From an uncultured Verrucomicrobiae bacterium (lineage in GTDB: Bacteria > Verrucomicrobiota > Verrucomicrobiia > Limisphaerales > JAFGQR01): DNA of 64,000 nucleotides. The first letter of the stretch is position 1. Each line of letters opens with the position of its first letter. The position numbers and the translations under genes were made by a program. The notes below the pieces were generated by a model, which was not told the origin of the DNA, made no database searches, and was given only the letters and a program-made list of their open reading frames with translations. The stretch spans positions 96,001 to 160,000 of the forward strand of contig CAWBHS010000049.1 of assembly GCA_963788655.1 (NCBI GenBank). The letters run 5' to 3'. Shown here one piece after another: positions 51,827 to 62,826 of the stretch.

Positions 51827-53217
51827 GAGCGGTTCCTCCACCATTCCTTGAAGGTTTGCCGGGCAATGGGCGGTAGATCGCGCGTGCGGGTCCAAGCGCG
51901 GGCAGGGTCAACCGGGCTCCCTTTGATCCAGCCATGAAAGATTTGTCCCAACCGGCCGAACCGCGTCACCAACGACCAAAGGCTACGCGAGTTGGCCATC
52001 GGTGCGAACAGTTGGAAGGCCATTCGCTGCCACCACGACGGCTTCTGCGAGGCACTGTTGCGGCGGTTTTGCAGCAGGTGATGGTGCAGATCAATTTTGA
52101 CCGGACAAGCTTCGGTGCAGGCGCCGCACAGAGACGAAGCGAAGGAAAGATGTTTCCATTCCTGGAGATCGCGCAGATTGGGTGTGATCACTGCGCCAAT
52201 CGGGCCGCAGTAGGTGGTGCCGTAGGTATGGCCGCCGACGTTGCGGTATATCGGACACACGTTCAGGCAGGCGCCGCAGCGGATGCAGTGCAGGGCGTCG
52301 CGCTGTTCGGCGTCGGCGAGGATGGCCGTGCGATCGTTGTCGAGCAGTACCACGTGAAATTCCTCGGGGCCGTCCGCTTCGCCTTGCTGGCGCGGCCCGC
52401 CGTACATCGTGTTGTAGCCGCTGATCAATTGGCCGGCGCCAACGGTGGCCAGCATGGGCAGGAAAAGGGCGAGGTCGTCCAATCGCGGCAGGATTTTTTC
52501 GATGCCCAGCAGCGTGATCATGGTCTTGGGCAACGCCGCCGTCAGCCGGGCGTTGCCTTCATTTTCGGTGATGGAAATCATCCCCGTCTCGGCGATGGCA
52601 AAATTCGCGCCGGTGATGCCGACGTCGGCCTGAATGTATTTCTGGCGCAGCACGCGACGGGCGACCATGGTCAGTTCCTCGGGATTGTCGGAGGGCGCGT
52701 CGCCGAGCTTGCGTTGGAAAACGTCCCGGATTTCGCCGCGCGTCAGGTGCATTGCCGGGAAGACGATGTGATACGGCGGTTCCTCCCGGAGTTGCACGAT
52801 GAACTCGCCCAAGTCGGATTCGACCACTTCATGCCCCGCCTTTTCCAGCGCTTCGTTGAGGTGAATTTCCTCGGCGGTCATGGCCTTGGATTTGACAATG
52901 GCGCGGGCGCCTTTGCTTTTGACAACTTCCAGAATGATTTCGCACGCCTGTTGGGCGGTGGTGGCCCAATGCACCTTGGTGCCGCGCGCTTCGAGGCCGC
53001 GCACGAACTGGTCGAGATACGTATCGAGATGATTAACGCCTTCCCATTTGATGGCCGCGGCCAGTTTCCGGGCACCCTGCCAATCCTGGAACAGGCTTTT
53101 CTTTTCGTCGCGCTTGACTTCGTATTTGCTCAGCGCGCCGTGAATGATCTGGCGGTGCCGCAGGTCGGACGTGAGCCGGCGGGAAGCGAGGTTAAATTGG
53201 GTGGCGGGGGAGGTCAT
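51823..53217 (-). CDS. lutB: Lactate utilization Fe-S protein B
   Basis: ESDLGEFI, CIRCGACLNVCP, SSLCGACTEACPVKI. Confidence 0.93.
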   Translation of the reverse strand: MTSPATQFNLASRRLTSDLRHRQIIHGALSKYEVKRDEKKSLFQDWQGARKLAAAIKWEGVNHLDTYLDQFVRGLEARGTKVHWATTAQQACEIILEVVKSKGARAIVKSKAMTAEEIHLNEALEKAGHEVVESDLGEFIVQLREEPPYHIVFPAMHLTRGEIRDVFQRKLGDAPSDNPEELTMVARRVLRQKYIQADVGITGANFAIAETGMISITENEGNARLTAALPKTMITLLGIEKILPRLDDLALFLPMLATVGAGQLISGYNTMYGGPRQQGEADGPEEFHVVLLDNDRTAILADAEQRDALHCIRCGACLNVCPIYRNVGGHTYGTTYCGPIGAVITPNLRDLQEWKHLSFASSLCGACTEACPVKIDLHHHLLQNRRNSASQKPSWWQRMAFQLFAPMANSRSLWSLVTRFGRLGQIFHGWIKGSPVDPARAWTRTRDLPPIARQTFKEWWRNRS

Positions 53218-53235
53218 TGGGAGCTAGGGGGGAGC

Positions 53236-53374
53236 GATGCTGGATACCGGATGCCGGATGCCGGATCGAAGTTGCCGTATGGGTGTCGGAGTCGGATGGC
53301 AGCACCAATTCGCTGTCGAGCCAGGCATTTTTGCTCGGACAAATCCAGAGTCTGGTATCCGGTATCTGGCATCC
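53236..53374. repeat. Inverted heptamer tandem repeats
   Basis: gatgctg-gataccg-gatgccg-gatgccg ... tggtatc-cggtatc-tggcatc. Confidence 0.75.
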
Positions 53375-53382
53375 ATCCCTCC

Positions 53383-54102
53383 TCACCCTTCCCCCGCCAG
53401 TATTTCCGCCAAATGAATCGTCTTGATCGGTTTGCCCTGGCGGTCAATCAAGCCTTGCAAGTGCATCAAACAACTCGAATCGCAGGAGGCAATGTATTCG
53501 GCGTTGGTGTCGAGGGCTGACGCGCATTTGACTTCACCCATGGCGGTCGAGATCATGGGGAACTTGGCGGAGAAGGTGCCTCCGAAGCCACAGCACGTTT
53601 CGGCGGCGCCCATTTCTACGAGTTCCAGTTCGCGCACGTTGGCCATCAACGCGCGGGGCGGTTGTTTGTTGTTCAACTCGCGCAGACCATGGCAGCCGTC
53701 GTGGAAGGTGACTTTGTGCGGGAAGCGGGCGCCCAGATCGGTCACGCCGAGTTTGTTCACGAGAAAGGCGGTGAACTCGTAACATTTCGGCGCCAGCTCC
53801 CGCGCTCGTTGTTCATACGGGGTGCCGGCGAACAGCTCCGGATAAAACACCTTGATCATCGCCCCACAGGATCCGGACGCAATGACGACAACTTCAGCAT
53901 CTTTGAGCTGATCGATGACCTTTTCCGCCACGTCGCGGCTTTCCTGCCAATAGCCGGTGTTAAAGGCGGGTTGGCCGCAGCAGGCAGGGCTTTCCGGGCA
54001 GACCACCTGGTGGCCGAGTTTCTCCAGAATTCGCACCATGCTGATCCCTACCTGCGGGTAAAGCAGGTCAATAAAGCATGGTATGAACAGCGTTACTTTC
54101 AT
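53383..54102 (-). CDS. lutA: Lactate utilization protein A (CCG domains)
   Basis: CCGQPAFNTG, SGSC, HDGCH, CCGFGGTFS. Confidence 0.93.
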   Translation of the reverse strand: MKVTLFIPCFIDLLYPQVGISMVRILEKLGHQVVCPESPACCGQPAFNTGYWQESRDVAEKVIDQLKDAEVVVIASGSCGAMIKVFYPELFAGTPYEQRARELAPKCYEFTAFLVNKLGVTDLGARFPHKVTFHDGCHGLRELNNKQPPRALMANVRELELVEMGAAETCCGFGGTFSAKFPMISTAMGEVKCASALDTNAEYIASCDSSCLMHLQGLIDRQGKPIKTIHLAEILAGEG

Positions 54103-54160
54103 AGGCCGTGGCCAAAGGTTAAGTCAGCCCCGCTCGGTCGTCCATCTTATTTGGCGCCCT

Positions 54161-54275
54161 GTAGGACCGCCGTCCCGGCGATCCCGAACGGTGAGGGGTG
54201 TTTGGAAGTTGATGGACGTGCTGTAAGAAACGGGCGTCCTTTGGCAGTTCGGGACAGGCGAGACGCCTGTCCTAC
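54161..54275. repeat. GTAG REP doublet (REPIN-like)
   Basis: gtaggaccgccgtcccggcg..gacaggcgagacgcctgtcctac; same family as 60463-60595. Confidence 0.75.
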
Positions 54276-54324
54276 GTTGCCGGGAGCCAGCATACGCATC
54301 CGCACTTTCGTCACGGCGGCGCTT

Positions 54325-56820
54325 TCAGTGGGCCTCGGCTTTTGCCTGGGATTGTCCCCAGAGTATGCGCGCCACAAACACGGCATTGTCGGCGCCGCGT
54401 TTCATGGGGACGGTGTAATCATGAGGATTCGGCCCGGTGGTTTGCATCCACTCGGTCACGGTCACCCAGGTTTCCCGTGGGCTGATTGCCGTCACCCCAA
54501 AATTGCCCAGCCGCGCGCCGCGTTCCGGTACCAGCACACGCTCGGTCGAGCGGAGGACTCGTAGGTGTTCCGGATCCACCTGGGCCATAAACAACGGCGC
54601 CCGGTGACGAAAAACGTGATCGTTGTTGGCGCCACGCCGCGTATAAACGAGGAACAGCCCGTCCGGCTGCGTCACCCAATGTTGCTGCGTGTTGTAGTTG
54701 CCCAAAGGCGTGCCATCGTTCCATAGCCAGCGTTGCGGTTTTCCGAAGTGCAGGCCGTCTTCGCTCGTGCAGACGTAACCCGCCTGGTCGTGCCGCAAGG
54801 TCAGATAGTAACGATCCCGGTGCCGGGTCAGTGACGGTTCCCCCAGGCCGCGCGCGGAGTTCACCGCCAGCTCATTGCCTTGCTCCAGGAACGTCAGTCG
54901 CCGGCCATCGAAGGCGCAACGCAGCACCGTCACGCGGGTGAACTTTTCGTCGTGGCCTTTGAAGCAAATCGGCAGCAGGATTTCGCCATTGGGCAAGTCG
55001 AACCGTTGCACGCACCCGGCGCCGGCATTGTAAAACTTCTCGGGATCGGGCATGGCCAAGGTTTCCCAGCGGGTCCATTCGGGTTGCGCCGGATCGTACA
55101 CCGAGTAGCACGTTTCCCGCTGGCGGTTAGGGATCACGCGATTGTTGCGGTAGCGGACGGTGTGCCCGATGCCGAGCAGTTTGCCGGTGGCCGCGTGCCA
55201 TTGAGGCCAGAAGTCACAGGCCGCCACCGTAACGCCTCCCGGTTCGTCCCGTCGCCCGAGGGTTTCACTGTGTTCGACCGGGCCGGTCCACGTTTTGCCG
55301 AGATCGTCGGTGCGCATATCATTGAGCGCGTAAAAGACATCGCTTCCCGACAGCAGCAGCTTCTGCATTGTGAGCACGACGGTGGGTGGATGGCCGGGAA
55401 TGGCGCCGGCGCGGGCGTGGACCCAACAGGTCCGCTGGTCAAATCCCGTGCGAATGGTATCCAGTTGCACGGAGTAATCGACCGCTGCGAACCGGTTCGT
55501 GTGAACCGTATCGTTGCGCCAGTAATCCGCATGGTAACTCGGCCCGTCTTTGTTCCAGACTTTGCTGACAATATCCACGTCGCCATCGCCGTCCACGTCA
55601 CCCAGGCTCGCATCGTGCCAACCAGGATTGTCCTCCTGAATCACCTGCGGAGAAAAGGTGGGCGGGTTCGCTCCGGAATTGATCCAGATCACCCCGCGCT
55701 CTTTGAGACCCTTGGGCTTCATGGGCAGTTTGCCGCCGGAAACCATGTACGTGTCCGGGTCTTCCTGTTCGCCGGCGAAGACGTCCGGATCGCCGTCTCC
55801 GTCAAAATCGGCCACGCCCAGCGAGTGCCAGGAACCGGTGCCCGGCACACTGCCCGGAGAGGTGGGCGGATCGGGTAACTGGAAGCGCTGCCAGTCGCGA
55901 CCACGGCCTTGGTTCCTCACCCAATAAACGTGACCGCTGCCGGTGTCGCAGTCGCTATAGACAATGTCCAGCGCGCCATCGCGGTCGAGGTCCGCCACCC
56001 AACTGCGAATGCTGGTTCCGTAACTGGCCTTGGGAATCGCCAAGTGCGGCCAGGCATGCCGGGCCCAAGTCCCTTTGCCCGAGCCGGGATTCTCGAACCA
56101 CCAACCCGCAATCACCAGGTCCACGTCACCGTCGCCGTCCACGTCGCCGGCGCCCTTCGGCGTGAGGCCGCCGTGCTGATCCAGGCCTTGCGCCACCATA
56201 TTGCCGGCCAGGGAGTGTGCGGGATCGTACCAAACGAGCTGCTTGCCGTCGAACGTGACAATGTCCCGCCGGCCATCGCCATTGATGTCGGCCGCCAACA
56301 GATCGTGGCCATTGCCGGGGAAGGGATTCATCGGCCAGGCGGCGTCGGGATGTTCGCGCAAGGTACCGGGATTCTGGAACCAGACAAAGCTGAACACCAG
56401 GTCGGTCCATCCATCGCCATCGACGTCCAGGGCGGTGGCGCCGAGCGACTGTTTCACCTGCTCCGAGTCGCACACCAAGTGCTGAACCCACTTCGCATCC
56501 GACCGGCGTTCGTACCACCAGAAACCGTGCGCATCCCGGCGCGACAACGCCGTGTCCAGGTCGCCATCACCATCGAAGTCGGCCAGCGGCGTTCCGGCAA
56601 TACCCCAGGCGGTGCCGGGAAGAGGATCGGCAATGGTGAAATGCCGGAAACGAAGTTCGGCCGCGCCCAGCGAGCCAATCGCCAGCCCACAGGCCAGTAG
56701 CGGCAACCAGAGTGATTTGAACCCAACCGTGTCTGACAAGGCGAGGCGGCAGGTCGGAGGGAGATGGGAATCTGCCACCGCGGAGGATGCCGACGTTTCG
56801 CAATTTGAGTTTGCAGGCAT
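54325..56820 (-). CDS. FG-GAP/VCBS repeat protein fused to a BNR/sialidase-like domain
   Basis: Repeated DxDGDGDxD motifs; TDDLGKTW and SEDGLHF Asp-boxes. Confidence 0.8.
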   Translation of the reverse strand: MPANSNCETSASSAVADSHLPPTCRLALSDTVGFKSLWLPLLACGLAIGSLGAAELRFRHFTIADPLPGTAWGIAGTPLADFDGDGDLDTALSRRDAHGFWWYERRSDAKWVQHLVCDSEQVKQSLGATALDVDGDGWTDLVFSFVWFQNPGTLREHPDAAWPMNPFPGNGHDLLAADINGDGRRDIVTFDGKQLVWYDPAHSLAGNMVAQGLDQHGGLTPKGAGDVDGDGDVDLVIAGWWFENPGSGKGTWARHAWPHLAIPKASYGTSIRSWVADLDRDGALDIVYSDCDTGSGHVYWVRNQGRGRDWQRFQLPDPPTSPGSVPGTGSWHSLGVADFDGDGDPDVFAGEQEDPDTYMVSGGKLPMKPKGLKERGVIWINSGANPPTFSPQVIQEDNPGWHDASLGDVDGDGDVDIVSKVWNKDGPSYHADYWRNDTVHTNRFAAVDYSVQLDTIRTGFDQRTCWVHARAGAIPGHPPTVVLTMQKLLLSGSDVFYALNDMRTDDLGKTWTGPVEHSETLGRRDEPGGVTVAACDFWPQWHAATGKLLGIGHTVRYRNNRVIPNRQRETCYSVYDPAQPEWTRWETLAMPDPEKFYNAGAGCVQRFDLPNGEILLPICFKGHDEKFTRVTVLRCAFDGRRLTFLEQGNELAVNSARGLGEPSLTRHRDRYYLTLRHDQAGYVCTSEDGLHFGKPQRWLWNDGTPLGNYNTQQHWVTQPDGLFLVYTRRGANNDHVFRHRAPLFMAQVDPEHLRVLRSTERVLVPERGARLGNFGVTAISPRETWVTVTEWMQTTGPNPHDYTVPMKRGADNAVFVARILWGQSQAKAEAH

Positions 56821-56986
56821 GTCGGACTTTATTCCGTACGGGGAGATGCTTCCATGCAAAAAAAACACGGGGCAAAGAACCCCCGGGCTTCCCAGCAATT
56901 TCGTCCCATGAAGCTCGACAATACTCCGGAGAAGTTTGGGCCCGACGGAGTCTCGCCCTGCCGTCCCAATGCCCTATCGACAAGCT

Positions 56987-58785
56987 TTACGCCACCGCCG
57001 GTTCCGCCCATTTGCCGTGTTCCTTGATGAGGTCCACCAGGCGATCCACGGCTTCGGCTTCGGGGATGTTGAATTTCACCGCCTTCTTGCCGACGTAGAG
57101 GTTGATCTTGCCCGGCGCGCCGCCGACGTAACCGAAGTCCGCGTCCGCCATTTCGCCCGGGCCGTTCACGATGCAGCCCATGATGGCAATCTTCACGCCT
57201 TTGAGATGCTCGGTGCGCGCTTTGATGCGGGCGGTGACGGTTTGGAGATTGAACAGCGTGCGACCGCAACTCGGGCAGGCCACGTAATCGGTTTTGAAGG
57301 AACGGCAGCCCGCCGCTTGCAGAATGTTGTAGGCCAGCCGCAGCGACTGGCCGGCGCCGGTTTCGCCGCGGACGAGAATCGCGTCGCCAATGCCGTCGGC
57401 CAGCAGCGAGCCGATGACCACCGAGGCGCGCAAGCAGAGCGATCTTCGGCTCCAGCGGTGTCGGCTTCGAACACCAGGCAATCCTTCAGCAGAATGGGAT
57501 TGTTCCGGCCCAGCCGTTTGAGCTTGGCCGCCAGCAGGCGGAAGGCGGTGATGGCCGGGAAGCGTAACGCCGTCTTTCACCGTGACAAGTTGCGTGTCGC
57601 AATTCGACGCTCGAAGTCCGGTCGTCGGATCGAGCTCGAGGACGTTCAGATCTTCATAGACCGCTTCGGGTTTCACATCCTCCTGCGGGCGGATTTTTGG
57701 GGCGACTTTGTCCCACGTGGCGCGGGTGACGACGACGCGCATCAGTCTGTTCGCCGCCGCATTTAAGGCCGTTGGCGTCCAGTTCGATTTCCGGTGTCGG
57801 CGCGGCGCTGGAAGGTGAAGGGATCGAAGGCCAGCGGCAGTGCCGGAACGTCGAATAGTCGTAATTGGTCAGCGACCGGAATCTGCGCCAGCAGATCGCG
57901 GCAGACTGGAATTTCGTGCGGCGAATCTTCGGTGAGCGAAACGCGGATCGTGTCGCCCAGGCCGTCGCACAAGCAGCGAGCCAATGCCGATGGCGCTCTT
58001 GATGCGGCCATCCTCGCCTTCGCCGGCTTCGGTGACGCCGAGATGGATCGGGTAATTCCAGTCCGGTCCCAATTCCTGTCCAGGCGCGCCGACCAGCAGC
58101 CGGTAGCACTCGATCATGACCTTCGGATTGCTGGACTTCATCGAGAACATGAAGTTGTGGAAGTCGTGCTTGCGGGCGATGCGGGCAAATTCCAGCGCGC
58201 TCTCGACCATGCCCAGCGGCGTGTCGCCGTAGCGGTTCATGATGCGGTCGCTGAGCGAGCCGTGATTGGTGCCGATGCGCATCGCGCGACCGTTGGCTTT
58301 GCAAGCATTCCACCAGCGGCGTGAACTGTTCCTCGATGCGCTGAAGCTCAGCTTGATATTGCTCGTCGGTGTATTCCTTGACGGCAAACTTCTTCGTGTC
58401 GGCGTAGTTGCCAGGATTGACGCGGACCTTCTCCACCCATTTGGCGGCTTCCATCGCCGCCTCGGGCTTGAAATGGATGTCCGCCACAGATCGGCACTTG
58501 GCAGCCGCGCGCGCGCAGTTCCCGACGATGTGTTTCCAGATTGGCCGCGTCTTTGACCGTCGGCGCGGTGATGCGCACGATCTGGCAGCCGACGGCCACC
58601 AGGTCGAGCGTTTGCTGCACGCACGCCGCGGTGTCCATCGTGTCGCACGTCAGCATGGACTGCATCACGATGGGATGCTCGCCGCCGATGATTACGGCCT
58701 GGCGAGCGGCATCACCCACGGGCACTTCCCGGGTGTGACGGCGGTGATAGAAATACGGTGAGTCGCAGTAGGACTGGGGGGTCAT
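56987..58785 (-). CDS. ispG: HMBPP synthase (long form), multiple frameshifts
   Basis: [50 protein letters not shown]. Confidence 0.92.
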
Positions 58786-60194
58786 TGCGCAGTGTCTTTG
58801 GGAGCGAACTTCAGTTGCGGGAGTTCTGATGCCCGGCGTTTCCAGGGCAACTCCTGTACGTCGTAAAAGGCGATGTAAAGCATGAAGCCGATCAGCAGCA
58901 AGGCGCAACCGGTCTGCACGATCTGCACGATTTTACCGCTGAGCGGCCGGCGGAACACTCCTTCGAACAACGCCAGCACAATGTGCCCGCCGTCGAGCAC
59001 GGGGATGGGCAGCAGATTGAGCAGCGCCAAATTGACGTTCAACAGCACGCTGAACCAGAGCACCATCCGCCAGCCGTCTTCGGTTTGGAATAGGATGTAA
59101 TAGACGCTGATGATTTTGATGAAGCCGCCCAAGTGCTGCGGACTGACTTCCGACTTCGGAGAGAACAACGCGTCGAAGGTGCTGAACATGGCCGACAAGC
59201 TGTCCCAGATTTGTTCGACCGGACTGGGATACTTGAGCGCCAGGCGCCCGCTTTGTCCCCAAAGGATGCCCAGCCGCGGTTTGTCGTCCGGGGGCTGGAG
59301 GGGCACTTCGGGAGCCAGGGCGACCTTGAATTCGTTCGTGCCGCGGGCAATGGTCAAGGTCACCTGGTTGGTGCCCTTCTCGCCAATGAAGTCGGACACC
59401 ATCGCCGGATGAACAATTGTGTGGCCGCCTACCGCCACCACTTCGTCTCCCGGTTCCAAACCTGCCAGGGCGGCGGGGCTGTTGGTATAGACCTTTCCGA
59501 TCACCGCAGGCTGAGCCGGTTCGATTTGAATTTCGCGCAGCGGTTTGCGCTGCCAGGCCTTGGCCTTTTCTCGGGTGGGTTTGACCTCGATGTGGTGAAC
59601 TTGTCCGTCCCGCTCGAACGAGATGGGAATCGTCTCGCCTTCGCTGCGGATGACGCGCCATTGAATGCTCTGCCCCATACCGCCGAACTTGCACACCGGT
59701 TGGTTGTCCACGCTGAGGATTTTATCGCCGGCTTCCAATCCCGCCTTGGCGGCCGGGCCATCCGGAATTACATAGCCGACGAGGGTGGTCGTTTCGGCTT
59801 CGCTCACCGGACGGCCAATCATCCACACCACGAACGCAAAGAGAATGGCCAACCCAAAACTGAACAACGGCCCGGCAAAGGCCACAATGATTTTGTCGAA
59901 GGGGGAAATGGGGGGAAGCTCTTCCGCGTCGGCTTCGGTTTTGCCCTCGATCGTCTCCATGGTGGCCATTTGCGGCAGCGAGACATAACCTCCGGCCGGG
60001 ATGGTGCCCAGCACGTATTCGACCCCCTTGAATTTGGTCTTCCAGAGGGGCTTGCCAAACCAGATCGCGAACCGCTCAATCTTCAACCCGCGCCAGCGGG
60101 CCGCCAGAAAGTGGCCCAGCTCATGGACAAAAATCAACAGGTTGAAGAGCACGAGCACTTCCAGACAAATAAAGATGATTTTCAGAATCTGCAT
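58782..60194 (-). CDS. rseP: RIP metalloprotease
   Basis: HELGH, two PDZ domains, NLLPIPVLDGG. Confidence 0.95.
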   Translation of the reverse strand: MQILKIIFICLEVLVLFNLLIFVHELGHFLAARWRGLKIERFAIWFGKPLWKTKFKGVEYVLGTIPAGGYVSLPQMATMETIEGKTEADAEELPPISPFDKIIVAFAGPLFSFGLAILFAFVVWMIGRPVSEAETTTLVGYVIPDGPAAKAGLEAGDKILSVDNQPVCKFGGMGQSIQWRVIRSEGETIPISFERDGQVHHIEVKPTREKAKAWQRKPLREIQIEPAQPAVIGKVYTNSPAALAGLEPGDEVVAVGGHTIVHPAMVSDFIGEKGTNQVTLTIARGTNEFKVALAPEVPLQPPDDKPRLGILWGQSGRLALKYPSPVEQIWDSLSAMFSTFDALFSPKSEVSPQHLGGFIKIISVYYILFQTEDGWRMVLWFSVLLNVNLALLNLLPIPVLDGGHIVLALFEGVFRRPLSGKIVQIVQTGCALLLIGFMLYIAFYDVQELPWKRRASELPQLKFAPKDTAQ

Positions 60195-60451
60195 ACGTTA
60201 GCCTTAGCGCCAAGCTTAAGGCATGCCTGAATATAGCCAAGGAACTGAGACTGGCAATCGTGGAGTGGGGAGGCTGCAAGCCGAAGGTCCGCAATCCCAG
60301 CTCCGACCATTGTGCGTCGAGTCTTGGAGACTGTTTGAAAACTCGTCTGAATGGAGAGGCGAAAGGTTCGGAGTCCCGCCGTCAGTCGGATCAGGCCCCA
60401 CGCTGCCAAAATGCGGACTCCAAACTTGAATTTCCAAACAGGCTCTTCGTT

Positions 60452-60639
60452 GTGACTATTCCGTAGGACAGGCGTCCCGCCGGTCTCGAACGACTGCAAA
60501 CTATCGACTTGTACCGCGGCGCCGGGAGTCTCTCCAGGTCACCAAAAGGTGAGGATGCCTTTGGCTATTCGAGACAGGCGAGACGCCTGTCCTACCACGC
60601 CGAATCGCCTCATCGTTGCTCCAGCTACTGAATAGTCAC
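60452..60639. mobile_element. MITE-like unit with 15-bp terminal IRs enclosing a GTAG REP doublet
   Basis: gtgactattccgtag / ctactgaatagtcac (14/15 match); inner IR at 60463-60490 / 60568-60595. Confidence 0.7.
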
Positions 60640-60716
60640 GGCTCAGAAGGAGTCCTGAGTCAAGATTTCGCTCCATCGGATTTCGGATTTCGGACCTTCT
60701 GATTTTCCCCTGCCCA

Positions 60717-61856
60717 TTATCCTCGGACCGCTTCCCGCCGCGCCCACGCGTCGGCTTCGAGGATTTGGTCGAGGGTGGGATGCGGAACGACCTGGTGTCG
60801 GCTCATCGTTTGGGACACCACGTCTGGAATCTGGTCAAAGCGGATGCGTTGATTGCAGAAAGCGTCCACGGCAACTTCGTTGGCTGCGTTGAAGACGGCC
60901 GGTAGCGTACCCGCCTGTTCGGCGGCCTGGCGGGCCAATTGGAGGGCGGGGAAACGTTCCGGATCAGGTTCTTCGAAGGTCAGATTACCGATTTGTGCCA
61001 GGTTGGTTTGGACGCGTTCACTGCGCAACCGTTCGGGGTAGGTCAGCGCGTATTGGATGGGCAGGCACATGTCCGGCGTCGAGAGCTGCGCCAACAGCGA
61101 GCCATCGATGAATTCCACCATCGAATGGACCACGCTTTGCGGATGGACCACCACCGACAATCGCTCGATCTCGATGCCGAACAACCAGCGCGCCTCGATC
61201 ATTTCCAGTCCCTTGTTGAACAGCGTGGCGGAATCGATGGTGATTTTGCGGCCCATTACCCAGGAGGGATGTTTGAGCGCACGTTCCACCGTGATGCCGG
61301 GAAACTCGGTTTTGGGCGTAGTGCGGAACGGGCCGCCCGAAGCGGTCAGCCACAGGCGCCGCACGGACTCCGTGGGCTTGCCGTCCAGACATTGGAAGAT
61401 GGCCGAATGCTCGCTGTCCACCGCCAACACGCGCACGCCGTTCTTGGCGGCTTCGCTCATCACAATTTCGCCGGCCATGACCAGGATTTCCTTGGACGCT
61501 ACGGCAATGTCTTTGCCGGCGCGAATGGCCGCCAGCGCCGGTTGCAATCCAGCGGTCCCCACGATGGCAATCAGCACGATGTCCGCGGCCGGCAGCGTGG
61601 CAAGCTTGAGCAATCCTTCCGCGCCGGAATGGACTTCAACGGTGGTGCCAAGGGCTTCCTGCAACGCCCGGGCCTTCGCCGGATCCTGGATGGAAATGGC
61701 CTCGGGTAGGTGCCGGCGGGTTTGTTCCAGTAACAACTCCACATTGTTGCCGGCCGCCAGACCAAGCAGACGGATATGATCCGGCAAGTCCTGCGCCACC
61801 TTGATGGTGCTGGTGCCGATCGATCCGGTGCAGCCAAGTAGAACGACGTTTTTCAT
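60717..61856 (-). CDS. dxr: 1-deoxy-D-xylulose 5-phosphate reductoisomerase
   Basis: GCTGSIG, AVDSEHSAIFQ, LTASGGPF, HPSWVMG.KITIDSAT. Confidence 0.97.
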   Translation of the reverse strand: MKNVVLLGCTGSIGTSTIKVAQDLPDHIRLLGLAAGNNVELLLEQTRRHLPEAISIQDPAKARALQEALGTTVEVHSGAEGLLKLATLPAADIVLIAIVGTAGLQPALAAIRAGKDIAVASKEILVMAGEIVMSEAAKNGVRVLAVDSEHSAIFQCLDGKPTESVRRLWLTASGGPFRTTPKTEFPGITVERALKHPSWVMGRKITIDSATLFNKGLEMIEARWLFGIEIERLSVVVHPQSVVHSMVEFIDGSLLAQLSTPDMCLPIQYALTYPERLRSERVQTNLAQIGNLTFEEPDPERFPALQLARQAAEQAGTLPAVFNAANEVAVDAFCNQRIRFDQIPDVVSQTMSRHQVVPHPTLDQILEADAWARREAVRG

Positions 61857-61886
61857 TTTGATCAGCGCGTCTTCATCCCGTCCTGT

Positions 61887-62804
61887 TCATCGCGTGAGCA
61901 CATGCCGCAGGTAGAGATACATCAACGGCGCATTGAACAACAGACTGTCCAGCAAGTCGAGAATTCCGCCGATGCCGGGAAAGTAATGTCCCGAGTCCTT
62001 CACGCCGGCTTCGCGTTTGAAAATGGACTCGATCAAGTCGCCCACCACCGCCGCCATGCTCAGCACCACTCCCAGCACGACGGCGTGGGTGGTGTTCATG
62101 CCATGCAAATGCCCGCCCGCCAGTTTGGCAAATACCAAGCTCGCCAGCACCGAGGCGGCGATGGCCCCGCCGAAGCCTTCCCAGGTCTTGCCCGGGCTGA
62201 TGCGCGGAATCATTTTGTGCCGCCCAATCAGCGAGCCGACGGCGTAGGCCCCGCAGTCGCTGAACTTGGTGACCACGATGAAGTACAGCACGTAGAACTT
62301 GCCGTCGCCCTGCAGCGTGGGGAAGAAATTGATCTTCTGGATGAAGTTCAGCAGCCACGGCACATACATCAACCCGAACAACGTCGTCGAGATGGCCAGG
62401 ATGCCCGCGGTGTTCGAGCGTGACAGGAACTGGCGCACGCACAATCCCAGCACGAACAGGATGAGGATGATAGTCTCGAAATCATTCACCCGCGAAGGGG
62501 TGTTGAACAATCCCAGCCGGCCGGTGCTGTGCAAGAACGTGCCCGTCATCAGCATGATCCCGCTGAAGATTCCCCAAGTCTTGAAGCAGACCAAGTCGCG
62601 CCGTTGCACCAGATCGTAGAATTCTGCCAAGCCGAACGCCGCCAGCGCCACCATGATGACCAGGAAGACGTAATTGGCGATGAGCGGCGTCGTGAAAAAC
62701 AACGCGCCGAGCACGACCGACCAGAGCACCACGAAACTGAACAGCCGTCGGAGAAACACTTTGCCCTTGGACAGTGGCGGCGATGGCGGGGCGGAAGCAG
62801 GCAT
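61887..62804 (-). CDS. cdsA: Phosphatidate cytidylyltransferase
   Basis: ISPGKTWEG, GDLIES.FKR..VKDSG..PG.GG.LD..DS. Confidence 0.95.
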   Translation of the reverse strand: MPASAPPSPPLSKGKVFLRRLFSFVVLWSVVLGALFFTTPLIANYVFLVIMVALAAFGLAEFYDLVQRRDLVCFKTWGIFSGIMLMTGTFLHSTGRLGLFNTPSRVNDFETIILILFVLGLCVRQFLSRSNTAGILAISTTLFGLMYVPWLLNFIQKINFFPTLQGDGKFYVLYFIVVTKFSDCGAYAVGSLIGRHKMIPRISPGKTWEGFGGAIAASVLASLVFAKLAGGHLHGMNTTHAVVLGVVLSMAAVVGDLIESIFKREAGVKDSGHYFPGIGGILDLLDSLLFNAPLMYLYLRHVLTR

Positions 62805-62826
62805 GACAACGATCAAGGGGATTCCG

